A DNA stretch of 64,000 bases from a virus (lineage: Duplodnaviria > Caudoviricetes). Below the pieces are notes generated by a model. That model was not told the DNA's origin. It saw only the letters and a list, made by a program, of their open reading frames with translations, and did no database searches. Every line of letters begins with the position of its first letter. Positions within the stretch are counted from its first letter, which is position 1. The stretch lies in IMG/VR virus record IMGVR_UViG_3300032327_000953, positions 160,001 to 224,000 of that record; one strand, written 5' to 3'. The translations under genes and the position numbers were made by a program. This document shows, piece by piece, positions 26,337 through 36,103 of the stretch.

Positions 26337-27085
26337 TGGACGGTGATGGTCTATCGTTAGTTTTTTCCGTAATGAATAGAACTAATGTTCTCATTCAAAG
26401 TATACCATCATGGTTAAAAAGTAAATCATTTGACGAATTGATTATCGTCGATTGGTCTTCAACAATCCCCATATATAATGATCCAATAGTTAAAGATATT
26501 ATCAAAGATGATAGAATAAAGATTATCAGAGTAGAAAATGAAAAATCCTTTATTTCTCCATCTTTTCCTCTTAATCTTGGTATTTCAAAAGCATTAAATG
26601 AGAATATTATCAAATTAGATATAGATTATCAACTTATTAATTTAGAACTATTTGATTTCATAAACACAATAAAGCCACTACTTAAAAAATCTTTTTTTGT
26701 CACAGACTCACCATTTTGCAAGACAACGATATCCATTATTGGATTCATTTTGTTAAATAAGTATCATTTCCTTTATGTGAATGGATACAATGAAAATTTA
26801 AAGGGTTGGGGTTTTGAGGATCTTGATCTGTATCAAAGACTCGAATCATTAATAGCAAAAAATATACTAACAGATCTTGATGATTATATTTTTCACATTC
26901 CTCACGACGATTCCTTAAGAATAGCAAACTATGTTGACAAACAGACTCCAATCGGTGATAATGAAAGAATGAACAGATCCAGAGCAAAAGCTTTCCCTCC
27001 GACAAAACTATCAGAATATAAAACTATTGATACCATTTATTGTAATAATAAAGTAAAATACGAATTAGTTGAAAGAATTAGATAA
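26336..27085 (+). CDS. glycosyltransferase (GT2/GT7-like)
   Basis: IIVDWSS, KLDID, GYNE..GWGFEDLDL. Confidence 0.85.
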   Translation: MDGDGLSLVFSVMNRTNVLIQSIPSWLKSKSFDELIIVDWSSTIPIYNDPIVKDIIKDDRIKIIRVENEKSFISPSFPLNLGISKALNENIIKLDIDYQLINLELFDFINTIKPLLKKSFFVTDSPFCKTTISIIGFILLNKYHFLYVNGYNENLKGWGFEDLDLYQRLESLIAKNILTDLDDYIFHIPHDDSLRIANYVDKQTPIGDNERMNRSRAKAFPPTKLSEYKTIDTIYCNNKVKYELVERIR

Positions 27086-27086
27086 T

Positions 27087-27332
27087 ATGCTATATAAAGT
27101 TATCACATTTTTTAAATCCCTCTATTTTCATATTGGTGCTGGTTTACCAAAGACCTCTCAAGAGGATATAGACTTTAGGTATAGTATTTGTCTTGGTTGC
27201 GATCAATTTAACAGCAAAAAATCAGAATGCTATGTTTGTGGATGTAATATCAATCAAAAAAGAATATTCATGAATAAGTTGGCGTGGGCAGACCAAGAAT
27301 GTCCTTTACACAAGTGGAAAAAAACAGTTTAA
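27087..27332 (+). CDS. small Cys-rich protein
   Basis: CxxC..CxxCGC..CP..KW. Confidence 0.65.
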   Translation: MLYKVITFFKSLYFHIGAGLPKTSQEDIDFRYSICLGCDQFNSKKSECYVCGCNINQKRIFMNKLAWADQECPLHKWKKTV

Positions 27333-27343
27333 AGGTTTTAATT

Positions 27344-27907
27344 ATGCCATATACACAAGACGGAAAAAACAATACTTTTACTCTACATACAAATAGAGAT
27401 ATTTTTGAATCTGTGAGAACCAGAGTTCTTGCTGATCAAACGGGTTCGTCCGTAATTATCCCCCATGTTTGCAACAATATTAATCTTTTTGGTGCTGGAT
27501 TTGCCGATGCCCTAGCAGATAAATATCCAGAGACTAAAGAAAATTATCATTTACTAGGAAATTCTTTTCTAAGAAATAATCTGGGATATGTTCAATTTAT
27601 AGAAGTGTCCAAGAACCAAAAATATGGACATAAATTAATTGTAGCAAATATGATAGCACAAAACGGTATTAAAAAAGCTAATAATCCCAGACCTTTAAAT
27701 TATATTGCTCTGGGAAAATGTATGCTTAATGTATCGGTTTATGCTAGAGCTTTAAAGACAGCAGCAAAAGAGAGTCATTCATCATGCGAGATTCATGCTC
27801 CCAAGTTTGGATCTGGTTTAGCTGGAGGAAATTGGAACTTCATCTCAGACATGATAGATGACGCTTGGAAAGACTTTAATGTTTTTGTATATCAACACCA
27901 TAAATAA
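27344..27907 (+). CDS. macrodomain protein (ADP-ribose processing)
   Basis: PHVCN..FGAGFA..KYP, NMIAQ, PKFGSGLAGGNW. Confidence 0.85.
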   Translation: MPYTQDGKNNTFTLHTNRDIFESVRTRVLADQTGSSVIIPHVCNNINLFGAGFADALADKYPETKENYHLLGNSFLRNNLGYVQFIEVSKNQKYGHKLIVANMIAQNGIKKANNPRPLNYIALGKCMLNVSVYARALKTAAKESHSSCEIHAPKFGSGLAGGNWNFISDMIDDAWKDFNVFVYQHHK

Positions 27908-27909
27908 TC

Positions 27910-28218
27910 ATGACAAATAAAGATTTTAAAAAGTTTTTGAAGTGGATGAAAAACAGACTCATACATAAATATGGTGAGACTGATCAAGAAGTTATCTTTC
28001 TATTCAATTGTTTGATCAATAATCACTTTTTCTTGATTGATCATGAAATAAAAGAGCCAGATTTAACAAACATATGTAGAAAATACTATGCGGACTACGA
28101 CTACGAAAGGGACGTTGACTCCGTGATCCGTCTTGGCTATACTAATGAAGAACGTGATGAGATTCGTGGTTTCATCAACGAATTGAGCAAAGATCTTTTG
28201 GAGACATATAATCAATGA
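27910..28218 (+). CDS. hypothetical protein
   Basis: ORF track. Confidence 0.6.
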   Translation: MTNKDFKKFLKWMKNRLIHKYGETDQEVIFLFNCLINNHFFLIDHEIKEPDLTNICRKYYADYDYERDVDSVIRLGYTNEERDEIRGFINELSKDLLETYNQ

Positions 28219-28367
28219 TCCTATTTCTTGCATTTTTTTTAGCAATTATTGTTGGTGTGATGCAAGGTGTGGTTGAAATGGGTGAAATTCACGCTGGTAA
28301 AAAACCCGGCGTAAGAGAATCTGAAAATTTATTGGATTTTATGCTTAACGGTGATAAGAGGAAATGA
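28215..28367 (+). CDS. small membrane protein (50 aa), not in the ORF track
   Basis: ATGA overlaps at both ends; MILFLAFFLAIIVGVMQG hydrophobic start. Confidence 0.55.
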   Translation: MILFLAFFLAIIVGVMQGVVEMGEIHAGKKPGVRESENLLDFMLNGDKRK

Positions 28368-28894
28368 ATAGACTTAAAGATCAAAGAGTGTATCTCGCTG
28401 GCGCTATGGATCGCGTTGCAGATAGGGGAAGTACTTGGAGAGACAATATCACCCCATTTCTAGAAGAGATGGGTATTATTGTATTTAATCCAATAACTAA
28501 ACCAACAACAACAGGTATGGAGGACCATGATTCTCATATGATCAAAACCAAATTAAAAGGTTCTGAAAGATATGACGAATTAGCTGAGATGATGAAAGTT
28601 ATCAGAAGGGTAGACCTTAGATTGGTTGATATTAGTGATTTTCTAATAGTAAATCTTAATCTAGATATTCATCCTTGTGGTACATACGAAGAAATTTTTT
28701 GGGCCAATAGACAAAAGAAACCAATCGTTGTTCATATGGAACAGGGCAAAATAAATGCTCCGGATTGGTTGTTTGGAACTATACCCCATCAAACTATCTT
28801 CTCTTCTTGGACAGATATTAAAGAATACTTATCTCATATTAACTCTTCAGAGAATATAGATACATACAAGAGATGGTACTTTTTTAAGACATAA
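28364..28894 (+). CDS. nucleoside 2-deoxyribosyltransferase-like protein
   Basis: VYLAG, FNP, GTYEE motifs. Confidence 0.75.
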   Translation: MNRLKDQRVYLAGAMDRVADRGSTWRDNITPFLEEMGIIVFNPITKPTTTGMEDHDSHMIKTKLKGSERYDELAEMMKVIRRVDLRLVDISDFLIVNLNLDIHPCGTYEEIFWANRQKKPIVVHMEQGKINAPDWLFGTIPHQTIFSSWTDIKEYLSHINSSENIDTYKRWYFFKT

Positions 28895-28896
28895 CA

Positions 28897-29634
28897 ATGC
28901 CAAGAAAATTAACCATAACATTAACTTGCTCAAATAGAGCAGATTATCTCAAGGAAGTTATAGATACTATCAGAGATGCAGACAAGACAGATATAGAAAT
29001 TCTGTTCTTGCCATCTATTGACTATAAATCTCAAAAGGTTGTTGATATTATCAGTAATGTAGACTTTATTGAGAAAGATATTTATATACATAATCCAAGA
29101 TTAGGATGTAATCAGAATACTCTTTTTGCTATCAATAGAGGTATTCGATATGGTTTCTCAGACTATGTTTTACATTTAGAAGATGATACTCCAATATCAA
29201 AAGATGCTCTTCAATACTTCATGTATTGTTTCAAGAAGTATGATGATGATAAAAATATTCTTAGTGTTGGTGGATATAATAAAACAGAAGACTTTGATGA
29301 ATCAGAAATATATGAAATATTCACACAAAACTTTTTCTCCGCATGGGGTTGCGGATTTTGGAAAAGCAAGTGGGATATTTTTGTTAAAAATTGGTCAAAA
29401 TCTAATAGTAACTTTGATATGTCTTGGGATTCATATATACATGAGATACTCTTTGTAAAAGAGTTATTCCATCAAGCCAGACCCAAGATTTCTCGTATTC
29501 AAAATATTGGTGCTCTTAATGGTACTTGGGTTCAAGATCCAGTTTGGCACTACTATAATCATAGATCTCCATATTTATCAAATGACTTTGAAGGAAATAT
29601 AGACTGGATTCAATATGCAAAAAATAATCAATGA
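28897..29634 (+). CDS. GT-A glycosyltransferase
   Basis: NRADYL, NLGC-like RLGCN, HLEDD, SAWG..W, SWD. Confidence 0.75.
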   Translation: MPRKLTITLTCSNRADYLKEVIDTIRDADKTDIEILFLPSIDYKSQKVVDIISNVDFIEKDIYIHNPRLGCNQNTLFAINRGIRYGFSDYVLHLEDDTPISKDALQYFMYCFKKYDDDKNILSVGGYNKTEDFDESEIYEIFTQNFFSAWGCGFWKSKWDIFVKNWSKSNSNFDMSWDSYIHEILFVKELFHQARPKISRIQNIGALNGTWVQDPVWHYYNHRSPYLSNDFEGNIDWIQYAKNNQ

Positions 29635-30757
29635 ACTCAAACTAGATTTTGACGATGTACTTATCAAGCCAAAGAGGTCAAAATTAGGTAGTAGATCAGA
29701 GGTTAGTCTACAAAGAGATTTTAAATTTTTATATTCCACAAGATCATTATCATGTACTCCCATCATCGCCGCCAACATGGATACAACTGGTAGCATGAGT
29801 ATGGCAAGTGTTCTTTCAAAATTCAATGCCATAACCTGCCTGCACAAACACTACTCAATTGATCAAATAGTTCAATACTTTTCAACAGATGAAAATCCAA
29901 GCTTAAGCTTTTATTCGACAGGAATAAATAAAGCAGATATAGAAAAACTAACAGAAGTTTTTGATAAGCTAAAATCTAAAAATCTTTACATACCTAATAT
30001 CTGTATTGATGTAGCTAACGGTTATAGTGATAGATTTGTAAAAGTAATCAAAAATATTAGAGATTCCTACCCTGATATTATTATTATGGCTGGAAATGTT
30101 GTTACTCCAGAAATGACAGAAGAATTACTAATGCACGGATGCGTTGACATAGTTAAGGTTGGTATAGGTTCGGGGTCTGTGTGTACTACCAGATTAAAAA
30201 CTGGCGTGGGATACCCCCAACTATCCGCTGTGATGGAGTGTGCAGACGCGGCTCATGGAATAGGTGGTCATATTTGTAGCGACGGAGGTTGCAAAATAGT
30301 TGCTGATGTTTGCAAAGCTTTTGGTGGAAATACTGATTTTGTTATGCTTGGAAGTATGTTAGCTGGTACAGATTGCTGTGAAGGAGAATGGGAATATGAA
30401 TATAAATGCGCTAAAGCTGGTATGGCTGGAGAATTTTGGCAACCTTTTTATCCAGGATATGAAACAGAAAAGCGTAAAATAAATCTTAAATTCTATGGTA
30501 TGAGTTCAAGAGATGCTATGGAAAAATATCATAATGGTGTTGCTAATTATAGAACAAGCGAAGGAAGATCAGTAATAATTCCATATAAGGGAACAACCGA
30601 AGAAATTATGCTAGATATTTTAGGTGGACTTCGTAGCTCTTGCACTTATATAGGAGCATCGAAGATCAAAGACTTCGGCAAGAAAACCACATTCATACAA
30701 GTTAATAATACTCATAATAGAGTATATGAAAATAATCCAACCAGGAGTGCAAAATGA
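29615..30757 (+). CDS. guaC: GMP reductase
   Basis: LDFDDVL, AANMDTTG, DVANGY, KVGIGSGSVCTTR, DGG, FYGMSS. Confidence 0.92.
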   Translation: MQKIINELKLDFDDVLIKPKRSKLGSRSEVSLQRDFKFLYSTRSLSCTPIIAANMDTTGSMSMASVLSKFNAITCLHKHYSIDQIVQYFSTDENPSLSFYSTGINKADIEKLTEVFDKLKSKNLYIPNICIDVANGYSDRFVKVIKNIRDSYPDIIIMAGNVVTPEMTEELLMHGCVDIVKVGIGSGSVCTTRLKTGVGYPQLSAVMECADAAHGIGGHICSDGGCKIVADVCKAFGGNTDFVMLGSMLAGTDCCEGEWEYEYKCAKAGMAGEFWQPFYPGYETEKRKINLKFYGMSSRDAMEKYHNGVANYRTSEGRSVIIPYKGTTEEIMLDILGGLRSSCTYIGASKIKDFGKKTTFIQVNNTHNRVYENNPTRSAK

Positions 30758-31824
30758 AAGTTAATTTCTATAGTCCAATTGGCTATACAGGTTATGGTGT
30801 AGCAGGAATGAATCTTTTACGAGCAATATCTACAGATAATGAAGTTGCTCTTTTCCCCATTGGACAAATGCATCCAGAGTCTCAAGAAGATTCGGCAGTT
30901 TGTTTAAAAGGTTTTGAAAAGCAAGAAACATACGACCCAGAGGCACCCTGCGTAAAGATATGGCATCAATTTGATTTGGCAACAAGAATTGGGCGAGGTA
31001 AATTCTTTGCATTTCCATTCTTTGAACTTACAGATTTAACAAAAAAAGAAATTCATCATTTGAGTAATGCGGATGAGATTATCGTCACATGCGAATGGGG
31101 CAAAAAAGTTCTTGAACAAAATGGAATAACTAAAAAAATACATACTGTTCCTCTGGGTGTTAATACAAAAATTTTTGATCATAGTATTAAATCATCGCTA
31201 AAAACTGATGACAAATTTATTTTTATGAATATTGGTAAGTGGGAAGTAAGAAAGGGACATGACTTACTTATTGATCTATTTAATGAAACATTTAATGAAT
31301 CAGATAATGTTGAGCTTTGGGTAGCAGCATCTTCTAGCGAGTTAGCATTTACCCAACAAGAAATTGACAAGTGGCATAATCTATATCAAAATTGTAAACT
31401 AAAAAATAAGATCAAAATCTTTCCGAGACTAAATACTCAGACCGAGATTGCTCAATTAATGAGTTATGCAGACTGTGGAGTATTTCCAACTCATGCCGAA
31501 GGGTGGAATTTGGAACTATTAGAGATGATGGCAATGAATAAACCAGTTATAACTACTAATTATTCAGCACATACAGAGTTTTGCACAAAAGACAACTCTT
31601 TCCTTGTAGATATTGACGAATTGGAAAGTGCTAATGATAATAAATATTTTAATGGATTCGGCAAATGGGCCAAAATAGATACTAAACAGTTGGATCAATT
31701 CAAGTACTATATGAGAAAAGTGTATTCAGATAATATAAGATCTAATCCAGAAGGTCTTAAAACGGCTAATAATCTATCTTGGGAAAATGCCGGATCAAAA
31801 CTCATAAAGTGTATATCAAGTTGA
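30754..31824 (+). CDS. GT-B (GT4-like) glycosyltransferase
   Basis: TGYG, PLGV, RKG, EGWNLELLEMMA..PVITT. Confidence 0.85.
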   Translation: MKVNFYSPIGYTGYGVAGMNLLRAISTDNEVALFPIGQMHPESQEDSAVCLKGFEKQETYDPEAPCVKIWHQFDLATRIGRGKFFAFPFFELTDLTKKEIHHLSNADEIIVTCEWGKKVLEQNGITKKIHTVPLGVNTKIFDHSIKSSLKTDDKFIFMNIGKWEVRKGHDLLIDLFNETFNESDNVELWVAASSSELAFTQQEIDKWHNLYQNCKLKNKIKIFPRLNTQTEIAQLMSYADCGVFPTHAEGWNLELLEMMAMNKPVITTNYSAHTEFCTKDNSFLVDIDELESANDNKYFNGFGKWAKIDTKQLDQFKYYMRKVYSDNIRSNPEGLKTANNLSWENAGSKLIKCISS

Positions 31825-31835
31825 AAGGGATCAAT

Positions 31836-32393
31836 ATGCCAATTCCAAAACCAAATAAAGATGAAGATAAGCAAAAATTTGTTGCTCGCTGTATGGGTGA
31901 CGAAGTAATGAAAAAAGACTACCCAGATTCTAGTCAAAGAGTAGCTATTTGTCTTGGCCAAACTAAAAAGTCCAAGGGAAATTTAATCAATCAAGTACTA
32001 GAAATATTAGGATTTACAGCAAGTTTCGATTGCGAAGATTGTGGATCTTCAGAAGAAATAAATTCTTCAAATATAATTATTCCTAGTGAAGAAGATTATA
32101 TTGATGCAGGAGAAGAAACTGAGGATTACGATATCTCACATATAGTTGCATCAGAATATCAAGGTAAAAAAGTAACTCTTAATAAATACTTTAGAACTCC
32201 AGATGGTCCTAAAAAATTTAGTGTTTATGTTAAGAATGAAAAAGGTAATGTTGTTAAAGTAAATTTTGGCGATCCAAACATGGAAATCAAAAAAGATATT
32301 CCAGCAAGAAGAAAAAGCTTTAGGGCCAGAATGAGATGTGATACTCCAGGGCCAAAATGGAAAGCTAGATATTGGGCATGTAAGAGTTGGTAA
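31836..32393 (+). CDS. two-module phage protein
   Basis: N-term MPIPKP..FVARCM..QRVAIC; C-term KKFSVYV..VNFGD..RRKSFRAR..ARYW. Confidence 0.7.
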   Translation: MPIPKPNKDEDKQKFVARCMGDEVMKKDYPDSSQRVAICLGQTKKSKGNLINQVLEILGFTASFDCEDCGSSEEINSSNIIIPSEEDYIDAGEETEDYDISHIVASEYQGKKVTLNKYFRTPDGPKKFSVYVKNEKGNVVKVNFGDPNMEIKKDIPARRKSFRARMRCDTPGPKWKARYWACKSW

Positions 32394-32434
32394 TAATTCT
32401 AAAAAATAATCCCCTATAAAACGGACTAATAATT

Positions 32435-32992
32435 ATGACTAAAAGTATACAAGAACTATTAAACGAACAATCTCAAATTGCTAAGGTAGATAATTCAAAT
32501 GAAACATCTGCGCAAGAAATTACAGGATATACATCTGATACTGTAATTGAACTTATCAAAAAATCATTAAATATTCACTGGCAGCAAACTACTGTATTAA
32601 CAGCCCAAGCCGAACATCTTCAAAGATGGGGTTACAAGAAACTAGCAGCAATTATCAAAGAAGATGCAATTCAAGAACAAACACATGCTGCAATTAATAT
32701 TAAAAGACTAGAATTTTTTGATGTTGATTATCAACCATTAGTTTTGAATCCTCCAGCTTGGAAGAGACATGATATGGTCGCAATGATAGAATATAATCTC
32801 TCTTCTGTAAGAGAAGCGTCAGCAGCTGAAAGAGCAACAATAGTTGCTGCCAGATCAGTTGGTGATGAAATAACTGCCAATATGTTCATTGAACTACTAC
32901 AAGGTAGTGAAGACGGTATTGAACTTTACGAAGGTTTTCTAAAACTTATTGAGCAAATGGGTGTTGATAACTTCCTAACACTACAGGTCTAA
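32435..32992 (+). CDS. bacterioferritin-like protein with degenerate ferroxidase centre
   Basis: WGYKKLA..EQTHA..RL and QMGVDNFL align with Bfr; several metal ligands replaced. Confidence 0.75.
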   Translation: MTKSIQELLNEQSQIAKVDNSNETSAQEITGYTSDTVIELIKKSLNIHWQQTTVLTAQAEHLQRWGYKKLAAIIKEDAIQEQTHAAINIKRLEFFDVDYQPLVLNPPAWKRHDMVAMIEYNLSSVREASAAERATIVAARSVGDEITANMFIELLQGSEDGIELYEGFLKLIEQMGVDNFLTLQV

Positions 32993-33023
32993 AATAACCT
33001 TTCTTAAATAATGGAGATTACTA

Positions 33024-33605
33024 ATGGATAGTATGCGTAAATTATTAAACGATGTAAATGAAATTTTATTGAATAATCGTAAAGTTTGCTCTGATATAGA
33101 ATCAGATTTACAAACAGATGATGGATCAATGTTAGAAGATGAAATATTAGATATGGTTTTATCCTCTCTGAGAAGTATTAGTAATAATACAGCATCAATA
33201 CTTTCTAATGCCAATCTGGATCGCGTACAGAAAAATTTGACAGAGCCGTGGGTATTGGGTATGATTGCTGTTGTTGAGGACAATATCCGAAATGTCCACG
33301 ATTACGTCAAGTTTTCGGGTGAGGCTTCCGATAGAGATAGTGCGCTCCCCATGTCTGTCACTTGCGAAAATTGTGGAGCAATAAATGAATTAGATGGTGA
33401 CACTTTAATGGAAGAAGAATTTACATGTGCAATATGCAAAACCATGTCTACTATAGCATCTAAATCTCGACCAGGACTTTGGGAAAATATTAGGAAGAAA
33501 AAAGAAAGAGAAGGTAAAGATTACAAACCAGCAAAACGTGGAGAAAATGACAGACCAGATCCGGAACAATGGAAGAAGTTGACCGAAGAGAATAAGAAAA
33601 AGTAA
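33024..33605 (+). CDS. hypothetical protein with CxxC pairs and basic C-terminal module
   Basis: CENC..CAIC; RPGLWENIRKKKER. Confidence 0.65.
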   Translation: MDSMRKLLNDVNEILLNNRKVCSDIESDLQTDDGSMLEDEILDMVLSSLRSISNNTASILSNANLDRVQKNLTEPWVLGMIAVVEDNIRNVHDYVKFSGEASDRDSALPMSVTCENCGAINELDGDTLMEEEFTCAICKTMSTIASKSRPGLWENIRKKKEREGKDYKPAKRGENDRPDPEQWKKLTEENKKK

Positions 33606-33642
33606 GAATTTTAGACAAGACCAATCTTTTAAGGACTAACTA

Positions 33643-34230
33643 ATGGAAAAACAGTTTGATGATCTATCTACGTATATTAATCTAGCCAAAAGAACAATAT
33701 CGAAGTTTTCTAGTAAGTATCATAGCTCTCTAAGAAATGAGATGCTAAAGAACGAAGATGCCATATCCGACGTTGCATCAGCTATTATGTATGCTGATTG
33801 GCGATGGGATTCTAATAGGGTAGGAAAGGCATCTGGTATGGTCAAGAGTAAGTACGCATATAGAAATCAATGTGCTATATGGGCAATTCAGACATATATC
33901 ACAAAGAAGTACAAGACCAAACATAAAAAGTTATCTCTAGATGCCGTAATGGCAGATAGCCAGCTTTCTCACGCTAGTATTATAGAATCAAAAACTGAGC
34001 AAGATCCTTTAGAGGGTATTATTGAGAACGAAAAAACAGATTTAATTCATTCTCATATTCAAGATCTTATAAATAGCGATATAATAAACGATAAACAAAG
34101 ACAACAACTAAAGATGTATTATTTTGATGATATGACATTAAATGAAATTGGGAAGAAGTTTAATGTAACTAGAGAAGCAGTAAGGCAAAATATTAAAAAG
34201 GCCATAACTCTATTCCAAGAAATAGCATGA
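33643..34230 (+). CDS. phage sigma70-family sigma factor
   Basis: Region 2-like EDAISDV..WD..KYAY; region 4 HTH MTLNEIGKKFNVTREAVRQ. Confidence 0.8.
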   Translation: MEKQFDDLSTYINLAKRTISKFSSKYHSSLRNEMLKNEDAISDVASAIMYADWRWDSNRVGKASGMVKSKYAYRNQCAIWAIQTYITKKYKTKHKKLSLDAVMADSQLSHASIIESKTEQDPLEGIIENEKTDLIHSHIQDLINSDIINDKQRQQLKMYYFDDMTLNEIGKKFNVTREAVRQNIKKAITLFQEIA

Positions 34231-34568
34231 CAAAATTAATTCTATGTCTATTCACAATAGATAATAAAGATGCTTTAGACTATATCTTATCAAGAAGTAA
34301 TATAACATTATCTTTACCTTATATAGAGAATAATATAAACATATCTATTCAAGATAATCTAAAAAAATTAGTGGATTCTTGCGTGAGAGCAGATATTGAT
34401 TGGCTTAAACTTAAGATCTTTGAAATAAGAAATACTCAACAAGATACTGAAATTCTATACTTTGGTCGCATACCATACGAATATAAGTATATGGTTAAAA
34501 ATGCGTTTTTCGTAAGACCATCTATTACAGAAGATCAAACTATTTTAAAGATGAAATATTTCATATGA
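34227..34568 (+). CDS. hypothetical protein
   Basis: ATGA overlap. Confidence 0.55.
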   Translation: MTKLILCLFTIDNKDALDYILSRSNITLSLPYIENNINISIQDNLKKLVDSCVRADIDWLKLKIFEIRNTQQDTEILYFGRIPYEYKYMVKNAFFVRPSITEDQTILKMKYFI

Positions 34569-34984
34569 ACTATATTATAGGCTGGATTAAAAGCTTTTTT
34601 ATTAAGGCTAATCCTCCAGAAATCAAAGAAGTTCCAGTAGAAGCAAAGCCAGTAAAAGACAAATCGTTAATTTGTGGAGTTGCATTTGACTATTTTACAA
34701 ATCACACAATTGGAATAGAATTACTAATGGGTGGTCAGTATGATTCTGATAATCTAAAATTTTCTGAAAAATTTGCACAATTTATTTATCATATCACACA
34801 ACCATCATTTAGGCAGACTATTCTGGATAATATTAGGGATAATAGTGAAACCCCAGAAGATACTTTGTTTTACCAGAATGTTGTTTTTAATATAGCTCTT
34901 TTAGATACATATAAAAAGGAGAATACAAATACAAAAGATACAGAACCAGTCGTCAGACCGCTCGCTGTTTTCAGCAGACAATAA
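34565..34984 (+). CDS. hypothetical protein
   Basis: ATGA overlap. Confidence 0.55.
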   Translation: MNYIIGWIKSFFIKANPPEIKEVPVEAKPVKDKSLICGVAFDYFTNHTIGIELLMGGQYDSDNLKFSEKFAQFIYHITQPSFRQTILDNIRDNSETPEDTLFYQNVVFNIALLDTYKKENTNTKDTEPVVRPLAVFSRQ

Positions 34985-34994
34985 TGGTGAAATT

Positions 34995-35438
34995 ATGACA
35001 TCTAGAACTCCTTTGATAGTCTGGGAAAAATGGATCGATCCTCTTGGATTAGATAATGAAGAAGATATTGAAGACAATCCATTCTTTGATGATGAAAACG
35101 AAGAAGATACCCAAGATGCTGAACATGGTCATGATCCTATGGAGATGCTAGATCAACATCTTATTAAAAAAACAAAAAATGTCAGAGTAATATCAACGCC
35201 CATGGGAATTATTCCTATGGAAGAAATGTTAGCTTCTGGTAAAATTTTTAATTTTTGGGTAGGCTATACTAATTTCAGTATCACAAAAAACATAGCTTAT
35301 ATTTTAGAAAAAACTGATGGTGTTGAAACTTTAGATATATTTACAAGATATAGATTTAGAGTTGGAGTTGGCAAACTATTTGAGGATGGAGAAGTAATGA
35401 GAAACATTAATGCTAAGGTATACGAATATTTGTTATGA
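34995..35438 (+). CDS. conserved hypothetical protein
   Basis: WEKWIDP..FNFWVGYTNF..TRYRFRVGVGKLF. Confidence 0.65.
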   Translation: MTSRTPLIVWEKWIDPLGLDNEEDIEDNPFFDDENEEDTQDAEHGHDPMEMLDQHLIKKTKNVRVISTPMGIIPMEEMLASGKIFNFWVGYTNFSITKNIAYILEKTDGVETLDIFTRYRFRVGVGKLFEDGEVMRNINAKVYEYLL

Positions 35439-36103
35439 CAATACCAAAAACAATTACTAATGATGATATCCATTTGATACATAACCAAAATATAGATCCT
35501 GGAAACAGAGAGATATATCTACATTCTTACGTTTGTGAAGGAGAGTTTGAGCCTGGAGTAGATTATCGTGCTGCTATAAACTTTGAAAAAAATCTGAGAT
35601 ATTTGAGTTTAACATCAAAAGAACCCATACTAATACATATGCATATTCCTGGTGGAGACTGGGAAGATTGCATGGCTATCTATGATTCTATCAAAACATG
35701 TAAAGTTAAAACTACTATTCTAGGATATGGTAAAATTCAATCGGCAAGTAGTATTATTCTACAAGCTCCTAATCATAGAATAATAATGCCAAATACTAAT
35801 ATTCTTATCCACTACGGTTCTATTAGTCTAGATAGTGAGCATAGTAAAGCGGCAGCAAGTAGCGTTCAATGGAATGAACGAGAATGTGAAAAAATGGTAG
35901 ATATTTTTGTTGATAGATGCATGAATAGCCCATTAGCAAAAGAAAAAAATTGGAAACGAATGATGGTAAAAAAACATATCGTTTCTCAACTGGCTAATAA
36001 ATGCGATTGGATACTAACTGCAGAAGAAGCGGTGTATTATGGTTTTGCAGACGGCATTTTAGGAGATGTCAAATATCCAAGCATTAACAGTCTTAAAAAA
36101 TAA
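35435..36103 (+). CDS. clpP: ClpP-like (S14) protease
   Basis: PGG, QSAS (Ser), ILIH (His), DWILTAEEAVYYGFAD (Asp). Confidence 0.85.
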   Translation: MTIPKTITNDDIHLIHNQNIDPGNREIYLHSYVCEGEFEPGVDYRAAINFEKNLRYLSLTSKEPILIHMHIPGGDWEDCMAIYDSIKTCKVKTTILGYGKIQSASSIILQAPNHRIIMPNTNILIHYGSISLDSEHSKAAASSVQWNERECEKMVDIFVDRCMNSPLAKEKNWKRMMVKKHIVSQLANKCDWILTAEEAVYYGFADGILGDVKYPSINSLKK

